64,000 nt of DNA from Felis catus (Eukaryota), in assembly GCF_018350175.1 (NCBI RefSeq), contig NC_058368.1, forward strand, positions 105,588,001-105,652,000, given 5' to 3'. A model generated the notes under the pieces. It saw only the letters and a program-made list of their open reading frames with translations, searched no databases and was not told the origin of the DNA. Position numbers and translations under genes: made by a program. Of the stretch, positions 11,009 to 24,994 are shown piece by piece; position 1 is the first letter of the stretch; each line of letters starts with the position of its first letter.

Positions 11009-12448
11009 ACAACTACCATTTTCTAATGACTCCATGTCTGTTTGAGAACTAGAGACCCTATTTATGACTATGCATTGTTGCCCATGAAGATTATAAAAAA
11101 GGAAGCTTTTGTATTATTTAGAAATAAGTACCCGTATATATCCATCTCTGTAAACCACCTGTGACAATGGCAGGGAAGGCATAAATAAAAACATTAAACC
11201 AAGTTGAAGGCCAAGTTAGAGCTCAAAGGGACCATCTACTAAGCAAGGAAGTCCAGAGTTCAGGGCAGAAGCGTGAGGGAGAAGACATAACCCACGCTCA
11301 GTCCACAAGCTGGGAGACATACTGCTTACACCTTGCCGTCACCATGTCAGGTCATAGTGACCCCCTACGGAATGGGCAAAAAGCTTCCAGGAAGGCCCCC
11401 AAACTGGAGTTCTATGGGGGACAGCCCTACTACTGAGCATGGGTCTGAAGGTCAGGAAAACCTTGGACTCTCATTGCCACCTATGAGAAATCCCCTCTTT
11501 CACCAGGGTTGAGGAGGCAGCCAGCCTCCTGAGAGCAGATAGGTAGCCTTCTCTGTTTCTTTTTCTCTCTTCTTTCTGTCCTGTGGGTCTGGGAAAAGAA
11601 CCAGAAAGAGAGAAACCTCTGACTTTATTTTACTTAGGTAATCCTCCTCTTCCTTCTGCTACATACTAGAGTATAAACTCCTGATCTCATCGCCTCAGTT
11701 CCTTGCACAAAACTGATTCCCTGTGGATTTTGTTAAAATGAATTAAATCTGCAGTCAGTCTTACTGAACTTGAACTTTTGTTGACTTCACCTCAACAACA
11801 GTGACAATGTAGGGTAGTGGTGTGCCTTTCCACGTAAGTGTCCACCTCTCTTTTTGCTTTTGAAGATCCAGAAGTTATTTCTTGCTTGCTCTAGCTGAGG
11901 CCCTGAGTGTGGATTAAAAGTGCGTTTGGCATTGAGAAATATTCAGCCCAAACTGGAGTGGCCATTTCCTTGAGAGATCATGAAAGGCTGAGCCAATATA
12001 AAGATCCCTCAAAAAATTTTAAATGCCAGTTTACAAGGAAGCAAATGCAAATAATTTTCCAGGAAAAAAATTCTCTCCAGTGCAAACTCAAAAAAGTGCA
12101 AATTAAAGCAAATTTGAAGTGCCATTTACATGTACTAAATTAGGAAACAGCTTCACATGATAATCAAATATGCTAATGTGTTTGTAGTGAATCTAATTTA
12201 TTTTTATAGCAGTCTTGAGAAGCAGTATGACAATGTTAGTCATTATCTCCCAGTATTTATGAGCACCACTCTACAATGTAAATGGTGGCCTGGCACATGA
12301 AAGTATTTATATCATAATATTGCTCATGGATTTTTTTTTTCCTGAAGGACGTAATGCAAAAGAAGTTAAAAACTACGTGAAGATGTTGAGGACTATTGGT
12401 GTGGCAATATTACTGACTTGGTTACCTGAAAGCCTTCCTACTACGAAC

Positions 12449-12640
12449 CATCTGGGTGGCTCAGTTGGTTGGGCGTCCGACTCTTGATGTCAGCTCAGGT
12501 CATGATCGCAGGGCTGTAGGATCGAGCCCACATCTGGCTCAGCGCTGAGGGTGGATCCTGTTTAAGATTCTTTCCTTCCCTCTCTGCCCCTCTCTCATGA
12601 TTGCGTTCTACCCACCACCCCATAATATAATAAGTGAATA
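12449..12640 (+). mobile_element. Can-SINE
   Basis: ctgggtggctcagttggttgggcgtccgactcttgat...caggtcatgatc. Confidence 0.85.
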
Positions 12641-13322
12641 AGAGTTACATGTATCAACATGACTAAATTTCAAACATATGATTTAAACAAAAAATGTGAT
12701 GCAAGCACAGAAAAAAAGTTGTACACACGATATGATGGCACTTAGGAAAAGTTTTAAATGCTGTGTAACAATACATACTGCTTTTTGATACATACATCTA
12801 TAGAAAAAAATATAAGTTAGCCCAGGAAAAATACCAAACTCACACAACTGGCTACTTCTTGGAAGGGGCTGGGAGTATTTTATCAAAATTGGGCATTCTA
12901 CCGTATCTTTAAATTTTCTTTTTCTTTTGTTTTATTTTCTTAAAAACAAAAGATCTGAAGCAATATGACAAAATATGTTAAGATTTGACAAAAGTATGTA
13001 TATGGTAGAAATATTTTATAATAAAAAAGATCTTTACTTGGGTGCCTTAACAACAATTAGAAATGTCCTAGTTGTTCAGTACATTTTGGAATGATCAAAT
13101 AAATCCTGCCATTTAAATTTAATACAGCAATATTCACTGACTAAAAATGAGCAAATGAGGCATATGCTGCAATCAAAATAAAGCAAGGCAGCTTTTTAAA
13201 CACAGTCTCCGTAGAGAGACTCATTCAAAGAAATATCACTCTGAAATCTAACAAATTATTAGAAAACCAACCTCAATCTCTTCTAATAGCTCTCAAACCT
13301 TTATAAAGAGCTCCATCATTCT

Positions 13323-13530
13323 TGTTTGTTTGTTTGTTTTTTTGCAAGAGAGAGTGAGCCAGGGACAGGGACAGAGAGAGAGAGAGAGAGGGAGAGAGAG
13401 AGAGAATCTCAGGCATGCTCCACACTTAGTATGGAGCCCAATACAGGGCTTGATCCCATGACACTGGAATCATGACCTGAGCTAAAATCACTAATTAGAT
13501 GCTCAAATGACTGAGCCACCCAGGTGCCCC
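13323..13530 (-). mobile_element. Can-SINE
   Basis: (GA)n tract, ends gactgagccacccaggtgcccc. Degenerate TSD aagag..cc..cattctt. Confidence 0.9.
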
Positions 13531-14068
13531 GAAGAGTTCCTCCATTCTTACGCACAGTAAAACTTCTTAAGATGATCTTTCTGTATCTCTTATTCCTACT
13601 ACCTCACAAACAGGTTAGCTACTTGGGAAGCCACTAGCCATCCTTCCTCTACATTTGTCACATGACTCCAAGACCATCTTTACATTCCTTCTTTCTTAAA
13701 TTCTGGATTTATTTGGGTTTTGTTGTTGTTTGTTTTGCTTTTTGTTTTTTCCATTGCCAGTCACTGTGACCCCTTTCCACTATTAACCACTCAAGCATGT
13801 TGCAAAACTTTCCATTCTTCCTCCTCACCCACTATCTCAGTTCTGCAAGTTAAAGGCCCTGGAGCTGAATTGGCAAAGAAGGAATTATTGACCATTGGGA
13901 GGAGGAAGGAGGGGAATGGCCATGACATACAACATTCACAGTCTGTGATGCTGTAAAACTATGCTAGAAGAGACAGGTGAAGGGTTTAGGACCTACTGTT
14001 GGGCAAAGAAAGTTCCACTACAAAAGTCATGTGTACTATGACTTAACTACAGATTCAACCTGAAATGT

Positions 14069-14286
14069 GGGAAGCCTGGGTGGCTCAGTCTGTTGAACGT
14101 TCGACCTCAGCTCAGTTCATGATCTCATGGTTTGTGGGTTCGAGCCCTGCATCGGGTTCTGTGCTGACAGCTCACAGCCTGGAGCCTGCTTCAGATTCTG
14201 TGTCTCCTTCTCTCTGTCCCTCCCCTGCTCACACTCCTCTGTCTCTATCAAAAGTAAATAAGCATTAACAACAACAACAACAAAAA
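14069..14286 (+). mobile_element. Can-SINE (SINEC_Fc2-like)
   Basis: gcctgggtggctcagtc...gagcctgcttcagattctgtgtctcc, (CAA)n tail. Confidence 0.92.
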
Positions 14287-14449
14287 CTAAAATGTGTCAT
14301 TGTTTCAAATACTAAGGTGGGCCAGATATTCGGATCTGCCTTCCCAATGGGGGAAGAAAAAGTAAAAATGGAAGGTGAAATACAAAAAGATATCTTTTAC
14401 AAAAAAGCATCAAAATGCTGAATAACAAGGGACTACTGGCCTAATACCT

Positions 14450-14671
14450 TTTTTTTCTGATTATTTGAAGTTAATTTATTTATATTAAGAGAGAGGAAGA
14501 GAGAGCAAGTGGAGGAGGGGCAGAGAGAGGGAGGGAGAGAGAGAATCCCAGGCAGGCTCCGCACTGTCAGCACAGAGCCCGAGGCAGGCTCGAACTCACA
14601 AACTGCGAGATCATGACCTGAGCCAAAATCGAGAGCTGGATGCTTAACCGACTGAGCCACCCAGGTGCCCC
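14450..14671 (-). mobile_element. Can-SINE
   Basis: Ends gcttaaccgactgagccacccaggtgcccc. Confidence 0.92.
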
Positions 14672-15074
14672 TATTGGGCTACTATCTAAGTGAAGGTGGG
14701 AACTGAAAAAGCTGAAGACACAAGTGCCCCAAACCTGTCTTCCATATCTGCCCAATGTGAGCTTTAGTTTTCAGGACCTCAGAAGCACGTGGGACAGCAG
14801 ACAAAGCAGCAGCATGTGGGGGAGGAGTGTGGCAGAAGATCCTTTCAGGAAATGCTGAGAACCCAGGAGTTTGCTTTCTCAAGCAAGGGTGATCTGGAAG
14901 TTCACGGCCCAAACTCCTGACTCGAGGGAAATACAATTACGATTGCTTGGGCAAAGGGAAACAAACACACCTGTAACCAGAAACTCATCTCTACAAGGAT
15001 TTACAACCCCATTTACATTATCAATGTGGTCCCCAAACCTCTTTTGTAATTTTTCCAGAATAATGCCCTGAGGT

Positions 15075-16090
15075 ATATAAGTGCTAACCCAGGATTCTGT
15101 ACACAATAAATTATATCTTAAGGATTGGGGTGAAATAAAGACATTTGCAGACAACAAAAACTGAGCTCTTTACCAGAAATTTTCATTAGAGAAAATTCCA
15201 AAGGTTGTACTTGAGGTGGAAATAAAATGAATCCAGAAAGGACACTTGGGTTTAAGAAGAAATGGAGAGAAAATAAAACTGTTAATATATGGGTAAATCT
15301 TAGTAAGTACTGACCATACAAAGTAGTAATATCTTGCATGGGTTTTTGTTTGTTTTTTTTCGTTTTGTTTTTAAGCAAAACAGGGGCACCTGGGTGACTC
15401 AGTTAGTTAACCGTCCGACTCTTGATTTCGGCTTATGTCATGATCTGATGGTTGGTGAGTTCAAGCCCCGCATAGGGTTCTATGCTGACAACTTGGAGCC
15501 TGTTTGGGATTCTCTATCTCCCTTTCTCTCTGCCCACCCCCCCCCCACTCTAAAAAATAAATATTAAAAAAAAGAAATAGGACATTTTTAAAAAGACAGT
15601 TTAAACAATTAAAAAAAATTGGATAGCTTCCAAATTCGAAGAGTGAAAAACAATATGAAACGTATTCTAGCAATCTGCAGAAAGGCGAGAATAGATGAAG
15701 AAACTGTAGAATAGGAGGAACAGACAGAAAATCCAACGATGGAATTACACTAACCCTCAATGAATTTCATCCTCCAGTTAAGAGGGAGAAAAAATGCCTA
15801 TTGACTATAGAAGAACCCAACTACTCTTTATAAAGAAAAGAGTAGTGTGGCTACACTGATAACAAACAAAGCTGCAGTATTGCTAAAAATAAAGTAGGTT
15901 CCTCTTGAAGGGTAGAAATGTTTAACTTATAAATAAGATAGACTAATTGAAATTTTACATGCATTTAATAACATATTCTCACAATATATAAAGTCAAATC
16001 AACAAACCTCCCAGGAGACGTAGGCAAATCCATGGTTGTAGTAGCAGATTTTAACATACCTCTCTGAACTTGGTAGAAAGAGCAGAAAAC
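15075..16090 (+). mobile_element. Very old L1 fragment (ORF1 end/ORF2 start region)
   Basis: ggtgaaataaagacatttgcagacaacaaaaactgag resembles the ORF1 C-terminus (GEIKTF). Weak endonuclease-like stretches downstream. Confidence 0.5.
15383..15575 (+). mobile_element. Can-SINE
   Basis: ggggcacctgggtgactcagttagttaaccgtccgactcttgatttc..., A-tail. Confidence 0.9.
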
Positions 16091-16159
16091 TGCAAGGCAA
16101 CATCTAAAGAAGAAAATACTGATGGGATTATGCTTGTTTTTTTTGTTCTTTAAATATTT

Positions 16160-16775
16160 TTCTTCACCTCACACCTGTTAGCAGGGCTGTTTATCAAATA
16201 AGCAAGAAACAAGTGTTGGTGCGGATACAGAGAAAGGGGAACCCCCATGCACTGTTGGTGGGAATGTTCACTGGTACAGCCACTGTGGAAAACCCAGTGG
16301 AGGTTCCTCAAAGAAATTAAAAATGAAAATACCACAGTCTCCAGCAATTCCACTTCTGGGTAGTTATCTGAATAAAATGAAAACACTAAATTGAAAAGAC
16401 AGTGTGTAATCTTGGGTCAAAGCAGTATTATTTCTAACAGCCAAGAGGTGGAAACAACTGAGGTATCCATAGACAGATGAATGTATAAAGAAGATGCGGT
16501 ATAGATAAATACAATGGAATACATCCATAAAAAAGAAGGAAATCTTGCCATTTGCAACAACATGGATGAACTCCGAGGGTATTATGCTAAGTGAAGGAAG
16601 TCAGACAGAGAAGGACCAATACTGTATGATCTCTCTTACATGTGGAAGATAAAGACAAAAACAAACAAACAAAAAGCCCAAACTCGTAGATGCTGATCAC
16701 AGATTGGTGATCAGCAGAGGCAGGCGATTGGGGGTGGGGTGGGAGAAATAGGTGAGAGGAGTCAAAAGGTAAAAA
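16160..16775 (+). mobile_element. Old L1 3' end (L1MA/L1_Carn-like)
   Basis: cacctcacacctgttag...aacaagtgttgg...cactgttggtgggaatg...ttatgctaagtgaa...cagacagagaaggac. Confidence 0.85.
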
Positions 16776-17934
16776 AGAGAAATAAAATTTTCTCCGAATT
16801 TAAGTTTACAATTACAGTTAGACAAGAAACAGAGCGGCGGAGGCGAAGCTTTCTATGGCTCCGTGTCTTAGGGGACTATGAAAGTTGAGGTTGTGTGTCT
16901 GCTGCTAAACATCTCAGTATCTGTGAGTGATTATGACCAGCAGAGGGGGGAGGGAGCAACATGTGAATCAGGTGTTAGCGTTTTTTCCAAACATGATCCT
17001 TCCTGCTTTTCCCCAGAACTTTGTTTTTGCCGAGTCCCTTGTGCCGCCCTCAAGTAAACCAAACATCTCCCTGAGAGTGTGCCCTGGGCTGGGTCCACTT
17101 TGATCCTGATTCCAGAAGGGGAATGGCCCCCCAAAGGAGCTGGAACGAACACACTTCCGAAGATGTGAAAAATCCCTCTTGTTCTAAGTCATTTTGCTTT
17201 CTGCCTAGCGTGTGAAAAGTGGTTCTCTGTCAGGTGGTGTGCACCATATCCTGGTATGAGGTAAAGGCAGTTGATGCGATTTTATTGTCTGTGCGAAATG
17301 AACTGTCACCTCCCGCATTATGACACAGGAGTCTTACGATCTTACTCAGTATGTGAAGAACACAGCCAGGGGCCAGAACAGGTCACCAGAGACTGCACTA
17401 ACTCTTACGTGTGGAAGAGAGCCATTCCAAGATGGAAGATGTTTCCCAGGGTCGGGTGAGGTGATGGAAAAAGAAAAAGTGAGACAAGTATGTACACAAA
17501 TGTAGAAAGGGCACCTCTTCTCCAGCTTGATGCGGTACTTAGGGCTTGCTTTTGCAAAACCCCTTTCGTACAGACTTTCCAAAACCACTTTACAGTTACT
17601 GAAAAGCTCCGTATTAGTCATTTGTTGGTATGCAGTAACAAGTCATGGCCGAAGTAGAGGAAAAAATGACCTTCAGGAAAGGACACTGCTGTCAGCTGGG
17701 CATCGGGGGGTGGAGGGGACAGCCTGAGGATCGGGTGCTGGGGCCCCAGCTGAGCAGCTGGTGCTGACGTCGTTCACTGACTGCACCCTTGTAGGGTCTC
17801 CTCCGGCTCTGGCAAGCGGGGATACCCACTTTTTTGAGCAGTGACCACAAAGATGGACTTGTCAACCTTTCTGAGGCAACCCCCACCTCCCCGTGTCCCC
17901 TGCCTGTCCGATTTGGAAGGCAGAAATACCAAAC

Positions 17935-18217
17935 CAATGAAGAAAGCTAGAGAAAATATTAAGAGGAAAAAAAATACATTTACGTATTGTACTCTATGTA
18001 TAAAAATCCGTGTTGTTCAAGGGTCAGCTGTGTATTATTGCAATTGCTCTATTTTACTGTTATTTATTGTTGTTAGTCTCTTAGTGTGCTTAATCTCTAA
18101 ATTAAACTTTCTCATAGGAAAAAAGGTAGTATGCATAGGGTTCACTACTATCTGCGGTTTCAGGCTTCTACTAGGGGTCTTGAAGCATACCTTTTGGGGG
18201 TGAAGGGGAATACTGTA
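17935..18217. mobile_element. TcMar-Tigger-type DNA transposon remnants (Tigger3-like then MER2-like)
   Basis: aaaaatccgtgttgttcaagggtcagctgt and ...actatctgcggtttcaggc...ggggtcttgaa...ggggaatactgta resemble recalled Tigger/MER2 termini. Confidence 0.6.
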
Positions 18218-18814
18218 CAACTAGAGAGTGAAAGCTTAAGGACAGATACACATGGTGAAAATGTGGGAGAAAAAATTTGACTAATTTTAGCTAAGACTCA
18301 TTTTCAGTCTTGAGCCACCTCAGTCACCAACAAGATATTTTCCTACAGTGAACCTATGGAAAACCGAGTTTATTCTGGAAGCTGAAATAGAAGCGAAATT
18401 ACTTGTCTTATAAAGTAGAAGGTAACAGTTGCCACAGCTTTGTTAAGAGCAGTTTCTCTTTGACTATGGTGAAATGGAAACGGTAGATGGCGATGTTGCC
18501 TTATTTTGGAGGGGGGAGGGGCACAGAAGCCGGTGCACTGAGGGAAGCCCTTGAAAACCTGAAGTTAAAATGTTTCAGCTGTGTTAGAAATGTACCTATT
18601 GTATCCCACCAGAAGTTAAAGACTTTCCTCCAACTTTTTGTGAGCCTTTTATACCTTTCTGCAGTGTTCAGGTTGTGCTTTTATATTGCAAGGTATGATC
18701 ACAGTAGTGAGGGTAGAGAAGGAATTTACGCTAACCTCAGGCCATTCCCTCTGACCTAATATATTCATCAAAGGAGGCAGTCAGCAGCTGACAAAAATCT
18801 ATCCAGTTACCAGG

Positions 18815-19008
18815 TGTTTTTTTTAACTTTTTTTTTCTTTTCTTTTTTTATTTTTTTTTAGAGACAGAGCACAAGTTGGGGAGGAACAGAGAGAGAAGGA
18901 GACACAGAATCTGAAACAAGTTCCAGGCTCTGAGCTGTCTGCGCAGAGCCAGGTATGGGGCTCGAATCCACGAACCTTGAGATCCCGACTGAGCGACTCA
19001 GCTGCCCC
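18815..19008 (-). mobile_element. Can-SINE with internal deletion
   Basis: gagacacagaatctgaaacaagttccaggctctgagctgtc. TSD ccagttacca. Confidence 0.88.
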
Positions 19009-19169
19009 CAGTTACCAGTTTTGAAAAGGTACTTGGGACATTTGTTTGGTGGAAATAGTAGACAAAGGGCATGGTTGTCTTTCCCCGGCATGGCGTATAC
19101 TTCCATAATAGCACATTTCAGGAACTAATAATAAAAAAGCAATAGCAATAATGTTGTTATAATATATCT

Positions 19170-19330
19170 ATCATTTACTGAGTGTTTGCTATAACCCAGG
19201 CACTGTGTCAAATATTATACTTGTCTGCTATTATGTAATTCTTAGAAAAATCTATAAAATAGGTATTATTACTCCCATTTTACAGATGAGGTCACTGACT
19301 TTAAGAAAGTTTACGGATTTTTCCTGAGGT
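19170..19330 (-). mobile_element. MIR remnant
   Basis: catttactgagtg...ccaggcactgtg...taggtattattactcccattttacagatgagg. Confidence 0.7.
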
Positions 19331-19610
19331 TTTACAATTAGTCACTGGATTGGCCAGCACTGAGCTTAAGCCTAACTTTTTATTACCTTCCCTGAACTAT
19401 AAAAAGAATTTCTTTGACTTTTTAAAAGCCAGTCAAGATAAAGGCAAGTTTACTGCTTTCAGAATGAACCTTTAAAATTTAGATATGTGAATTTCAGGAA
19501 TGGGGAATAAAAAAGCCTCTGAGGTTAGAGGAAATAGGTTTGTTTAAATTTTTAGAACCTCCTGTATCCTACCGACAATAAGACCAAGTTTGTGTGTTTG
19601 TGTGTAAATG

Positions 19611-19617
<7 letters not shown>

Positions 19618-19661
<44 letters not shown>
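19618..19661. repeat. (TG)22 microsatellite
   Basis: Direct reading. Confidence 0.97.
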
Positions 19662-19666
<5 letters not shown>

Positions 19667-22524
19667 GGAGAGAGAGAAGAGGTGCTGAGCACTTTAAATC
19701 CACCTTGGCCAGGCTGACCTGCCGTTTGACCTGTGGTTGAGGCAGCCTCAGACAGATACCTGACCTAATTCTTGGGCTGATTCCCCTTTGCAAGGCTGGC
19801 TGCATGAGACAACATAAGCTAGTCCAGGTCTGAAGCCAGTAAGCCATGAAGGTCAGTGATGTATTGATTTTTTTAAATAAGGCAAATGTTGCCCATGACA
19901 TCTTTTAAAACTCGGCAAAAGGCAAAACCTACAAAGGAAATGATTGAACAGAAGGGGAGTCCTCCTGGTGGCTGAGCGTTTAACAGTGTTCGGCTTTGGC
20001 TTCCTGCTCTGTGAAATGAAAGGTTTGGATTCAGCAGTCTCCAGGTCTTTCTGGGGCTGACATTTCTGTGATGGGATTTCATGTCCCGGGCTGCGGCATC
20101 ATCCCGTGGAGGGGAACCCTGAGTGTTGGCTGATGCTGTTGTCTCCTCGTTCCCAGGCAGCACCAGCGGCTGTCACAGCCCCCCTTGGAGAGAGGCGTCA
20201 CCTCCTTGTCCTCTTTCCTCTAAGAAATCAGTTGTGTGCCAGACCTCAGGAGGTTATGTTCACAATCACATCTCCGAAAAAAACACAGGCTGTTGGTGAC
20301 CACAATGTTGAGGGAGCCTGGCAGAGGCTTTGCCAGAAGCCACGCTGTTGATCCTGGCAGGGGTTTCTGCCCTGCTGTGGACAGGGCACCAAACTCTCAC
20401 TTTCAGTTCCTGCTCCCCTGCTGTGCAGTAAGGCCTGGGTGTCTGAGACTCCCCGTGGGAGCCAAGCAGCTTGCCTCATGCCAGAAGTTTGTGGCCTGTG
20501 CCCATGGCCTCCTGTGCAGGCCTTAATGTGCTCAAATGATCTCGTGCCCGCACATCTCTGGGCTGCAAAGTCATTGCCAACTGCAGTCAGACTCTGGGCC
20601 AGTCAGGTCTTCCTGCAGGTCACACCTAAAGTGTATGTCACATACACAAACGTAGCAGGGGACATGAAGTATTAGCTAGGGTCCCCACCTCTTTCTACCA
20701 CTGTGTCCTTGCCAGTTGGGCAGAGACCAGAGTTCCATATCGTCCCTGAGGCAACGGAGGACTGTCAGAAGGGAGCTGGAGAATAGAGACAGCAGAGTCA
20801 GAACTTTTCATTGCAAAGCCTTGGGTGCAGGTATTTTAGGAACTTGAGACCATCACCCACAGCAAGTACCCACCTCATTGCCCACTCCACTAGATAAAGG
20901 TGCCCCTGGCTAGGGGAAGGGTTGTAGAGGAAAGAAACAAAGTACGAGTTTGAATGGACTGTGCACGGAGTAGTGGAAGGGGAGGGAGGTCTCTGAACTA
21001 CAGCCTATTCTTGTATTTCCTGAGCCAGACCTGGGGGGAGGAAATAGTAATATCCCCAGTGGGTTTGGTGGTCCCAGAGCAAAGCAACCCTGTGACTTGA
21101 TAAGCAACTCTGTGGCTTTCGTGTGGTCTTTGAGCCTCTTAGACCTGGAGGAAGTTCATGGAGGCTCCCGCAGGCCCACCCTCACCCCTCCAAGTGCTAT
21201 GACAGAGCGCCCAAAGTTTCAGTTCCCCTCTGATGAGGACATAGGAAATAGCAGAAAGAGATAGCCTACAAACCCCCAGGACCATGGCTGTCAGGTAGGG
21301 CATGCACAGGGTGACCCGCATGAATAGGGAGGCCAGGAGGCCCTGGACTGTCAGGAGACATCCATGTGGTCATATGGAGGGTTTGTGGGAGCCGAGGGCG
21401 ATGATAGGACTGTGGGCATCCGTGGGAATCAGGCAGAACAGTTCGAGACCGATCTGTGGACTGTTCTCTCTACGGCACACAGCCTGGGGTGCATCCTCTC
21501 TAACTCTTCCCTCTCGCAGTCCCAGGGTTTTGGCAGGGAGTTTGTGTGGGCAGTCTTGTATTTGTCTTGGAATTCTTTGAAAAATATACTTTACCATCCT
21601 TCTAGTCCATCTCCCTGACCTAGTAACTCACCTGGCATAAACAAACCAATTTATTTCCTCCTACTAGAATTTGCGTGGGTGCTCATCACCCTCTGTCCAC
21701 GGTTGCACTTCTAAGACAGGAAAAGTCCCACTTAACGTTCTGTCACCATTTTTGCTAGGAAGAAAATAAGGTTCAGAGAAGTGCGGTGCCTCACTACGGG
21801 CCACACTTCACACCCCACGCCTGCCTGTCTCTCAGGCATCACATCACACAACCTTCTCTCCTACCAGCCTGAGTCAGACATCAAGTTGTATATAAAGAAA
21901 TAATCCAGCACAGAGTAACTTTTCAGCGTGTGCACATATACGCACAGAGAAGACAAGACAGAAAGGAGAATCTCCACCCGATTCCAAACAAACAAACAAA
22001 AAAACCCAAACCCCGGAAAATGATGACTGCTTCTTCCTCTGCTTTATCCACGGGTATCTGAGATACATGTCCCGAACTGAGCTCATTTTCTTTCTCCCGC
22101 CCCGGTCTGCTCTTTCTGCTGTATTTCTGAACTTGGTTGGTGGTAATACCACCCAAACAAATGTCCCCCCAAATGAGAAACCGTATTGTCATTTTTTACT
22201 TCTTTCTCTCTGACCTTCCTTTCTCCTAGTTCCCAGCTTTCAAGCCTTCACTGTTGGAATACTTCTTAGGAAAACCTTTCCTTTTGGTTTATTTCCTCTG
22301 CCAACACTTAAAGAGTGGTCTTCTCACTCTTATTTTGCTAACTGTTGCTAAAATATCCCCTAAAATAATTTTGAAAAACTGTGTAACTCCTACATATACG
22401 AAGCTTTCCTCTAAAAGGCTTTGTCATCTTCTCAAATGTGTGCAAAGGATCTTCCAGCATATTATGAACATGGACATTAGAAAAGAAAAGCATTTCAATA
22501 CTCATTATTACTCTTTAAAATGTT

Positions 22525-22745
22525 GGGGCGCCTGGGTGGTGCAGTCGGTTAAGCGTCCGACTTCAGCCAGGTCACGATCTCGCGGTTCGTGAGCTCGAGC
22601 CCCGCGTCGGGCTCTGGGCTGATGGCTCGGAGCCTGGAGCCTGTTTCCGATTCTGTGTCTCCCTCTCTCTCTGCCCCTCCCCCGTTCGTGCTCTGTCTCT
22701 CTCTGTTCCAAAAATAAATAAATGTTGAAAAAAAAATTTTTTAAG
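22525..22745 (+). mobile_element. Young SINEC_Fc-type SINE
   Basis: Near-consensus, CpG-rich. Tail expanded into (TAAAA)12. TSD taaaatgt. Confidence 0.95.
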
Positions 22746-22805
22746 TAAAATAAAATAAAATAAAATAAAATAAAATAAAATAAAATAAAATAAAATAAAA
22801 TAAAA
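22746..22805. repeat. (TAAAA)12 pentanucleotide microsatellite
   Basis: 12 perfect units counted. Confidence 0.97.
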
Positions 22806-22817
22806 TGTATCCAATAA

Positions 22818-23025
22818 GGGGCTCCTGGGTGGCTCAGTCAGTTAAGCATCTGACTCTTGATTTTGGCACAGGTCATGATCTCACGGCTGTGGGTTGAGTT
22901 CTCCACACCTAGGGTGGAGTCTGCTTAGATTCTCTCTTTCTCTCTCTCTCTCCCTCTGCCCCTCCTTGGCACAGTCTCGTGCTCTCCCTTTCTCTCTCAA
23001 AAATAGATGGATGGATAGATAGATA
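22818..23025 (+). mobile_element. Can-SINE with (GATA)-like tail
   Basis: ggggctcctgggtggctcagtcagttaagcatctgactcttg. Confidence 0.9.
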
Positions 23026-23039
23026 GTACATATTTCAAC

Positions 23040-24470
23040 ACATGGGGTTGGTACAATGGATGTCCATGTGAAAAATTGGAAACTCCTATTTTGTTTTTAT
23101 TGTATTTCATTTAACTCAAAATTATCATAGATCTAAATTTAAAAATTGAAAGTATAAATTTCTTGGAGAAGATATTTGTAATCTTGGGTTAGGTAAAATG
23201 ATTTTGATGTGATATCAAAAACATAATCCACACAAGAAAAAAATCTGTTAAATTAGACCTTATAAAACTAAACATTTTTGTTCTTTAAAAGACACTTTTG
23301 AGGGGTTGGAAAAACAAGCTGCTAAGTGGGAGAAAATATTTGTAAATCATATATCTGGCAAAGGACTACTACCTCTCACAGCCCTATAATGAACAAACAG
23401 TAAAATTTTGATGAAATATTTAGTTTGTTCAGCCAAAAAAGTTACATGGCAGGTAAGCACGTGAAAAGATGCTCGATGTCATTAAAGAAATGTAAGTTAA
23501 AAGTACAATATGATATGATACCCTTGTACTCCTATTCGAATGACTCAAATTAAAATTCCTGGGGTGCCTGGGTGGCTCAGTCAGTTAAGCTTCTGACTTT
23601 AGCTCAGGTCATGATCTTATGGCCCGTTGGTTCAAGCCCCAAGTCGGGCTCTGTGCTGATAGCTCAGAGCCTGGAGCCTGCTTCAGATTCTCTGCTCTCT
23701 GTCTCTGTCTTTGTCTCTCTCTCTGCCCCTCCCCAGCTCGTGCCCTGCCTCTCTCTCTCTCTCTGTCAATCTCAAAAATAAATAAACATTAAAAAATCTG
23801 CCTTTATCATTAAAAAAAAATCAACCCCCCCAAATAGGACAGTCCTAACTGCTAGAGAGAATGTAGAACAACTTGAACTCATATGCGTTGCTGGTGGGAA
23901 TGTAAAATGAGAGAGCCATAGAAAATGGTACAGCACACACTTTGGCAGTTGTCTTTTAAAGTTAAACATGTTCTTGCCACATGACTCAGCAATCCCATCT
24001 CAAGGTATTTATCCAAGTGAGATGAAAACCTGTACTCACACAAAGACTCGTATGCACATGTTAATAGTAGCTTTATTCATGGTGGCCAAAAACTGGAGAC
24101 AACTCACATGTCCTTCAGCTGAATGGATAAACTCAATGGATAAACTTTGGTACATCTATACAATGTGACATTATTCAGCGATAGAAAGGAGTGAATTATT
24201 GATGAACACAGTCAAATGATTGAAGCCAGACCCCAAAGGTTGAATGATTCTGTTTATATGACATTTTGGAAAAGATAACACTGTAAGGATAGAGAATATA
24301 TCTTTGGTTACCAGTGGTTGGGATGGAGGGAAGGAAAGACTATGAAGGAGCAGCTTCTGAGAATTCTGGGGGTTGGTGCACCTGTTCTGCATCTTGACTG
24401 TGGTGGTGAATACATTTACCAAAATCCATAAAATTGTAAACTACGAAGAGAATTTTACTGCATGTAAGTT
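23040..24470 (+). mobile_element. Old L1 (L1MC/MD-like) 3' portion
   Basis: gggagaaaatatttgtaaatcatatatctg, gctggtgggaatgtaaaatg, cagcaatcccatctcaaggtatttatccaagtgagatgaaaac. Confidence 0.75.
23561..23796 (+). mobile_element. Can-SINE inserted in old L1
   Basis: Full head, CT tract and A-tail. Confidence 0.92.

Positions 24471-24473
<3 letters not shown>

Positions 24474-24516
<43 letters not shown>
24474..24516. repeat. (AC)n microsatellite (~21 units)
   Basis: Direct reading. Confidence 0.97.
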
Positions 24517-24518
<2 letters not shown>

Positions 24519-24549
24519 AACTGCATCTTCTTCAATAATTGAAGTTTTT

Positions 24550-24759
24550 TTGTTTGTTTTTTAATGTTTATTTATTTTTGAGAGAGACAGAGTACGAGTG
24601 AAGGAGGGACAGAGAGAGAGGGAGACAAGAATTGGAAACAGGCTCCAGGGTCTGAGCTGTCAGCACACGGCCTGATGCAGGGCTTGAATTCACAGACCCT
24701 GAGATCATGACTCAAGCCAAAGTTGGACGCCCAGCTGTCTGAGCCACCCAGGTGTCCCT
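24550..24759 (-). mobile_element. Can-SINE
   Basis: TSD aataattgaagttttt at 24534-24549 and 24760-24775. Confidence 0.93.
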
Positions 24760-24946
24760 AATAATTGAAGTTTTTATGTCATTCCTTTTTGTCTTTAAAT
24801 GCTGTATCTATTTTATCCCTTCCAAGAATTTTATCGTTAAGTAATGTATTTTTATACTTGAAAGTCTTTTATTGATAACCCCATTATGCTTTTCTTTTAG
24901 AAAGGGTACATAAATTGAAAATTAAAACATTACAATTTTTTTCATG

Positions 24947-24994
24947 TGATCTTAAGTCTATATGATCATAAGTCTATTTGATCATAAGTCTATT
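24947..24994. repeat. 16-bp tandem repeat x3
   Basis: tgatcttaagtctata / tgatcataagtctatt / tgatcataagtctatt. Confidence 0.9.

Noticed and set aside
11140..11620. Possible old LTR remnant
   Set aside because: Composition is suggestive, but I could not match termini or family with confidence; needs RepeatMasker/Dfam.
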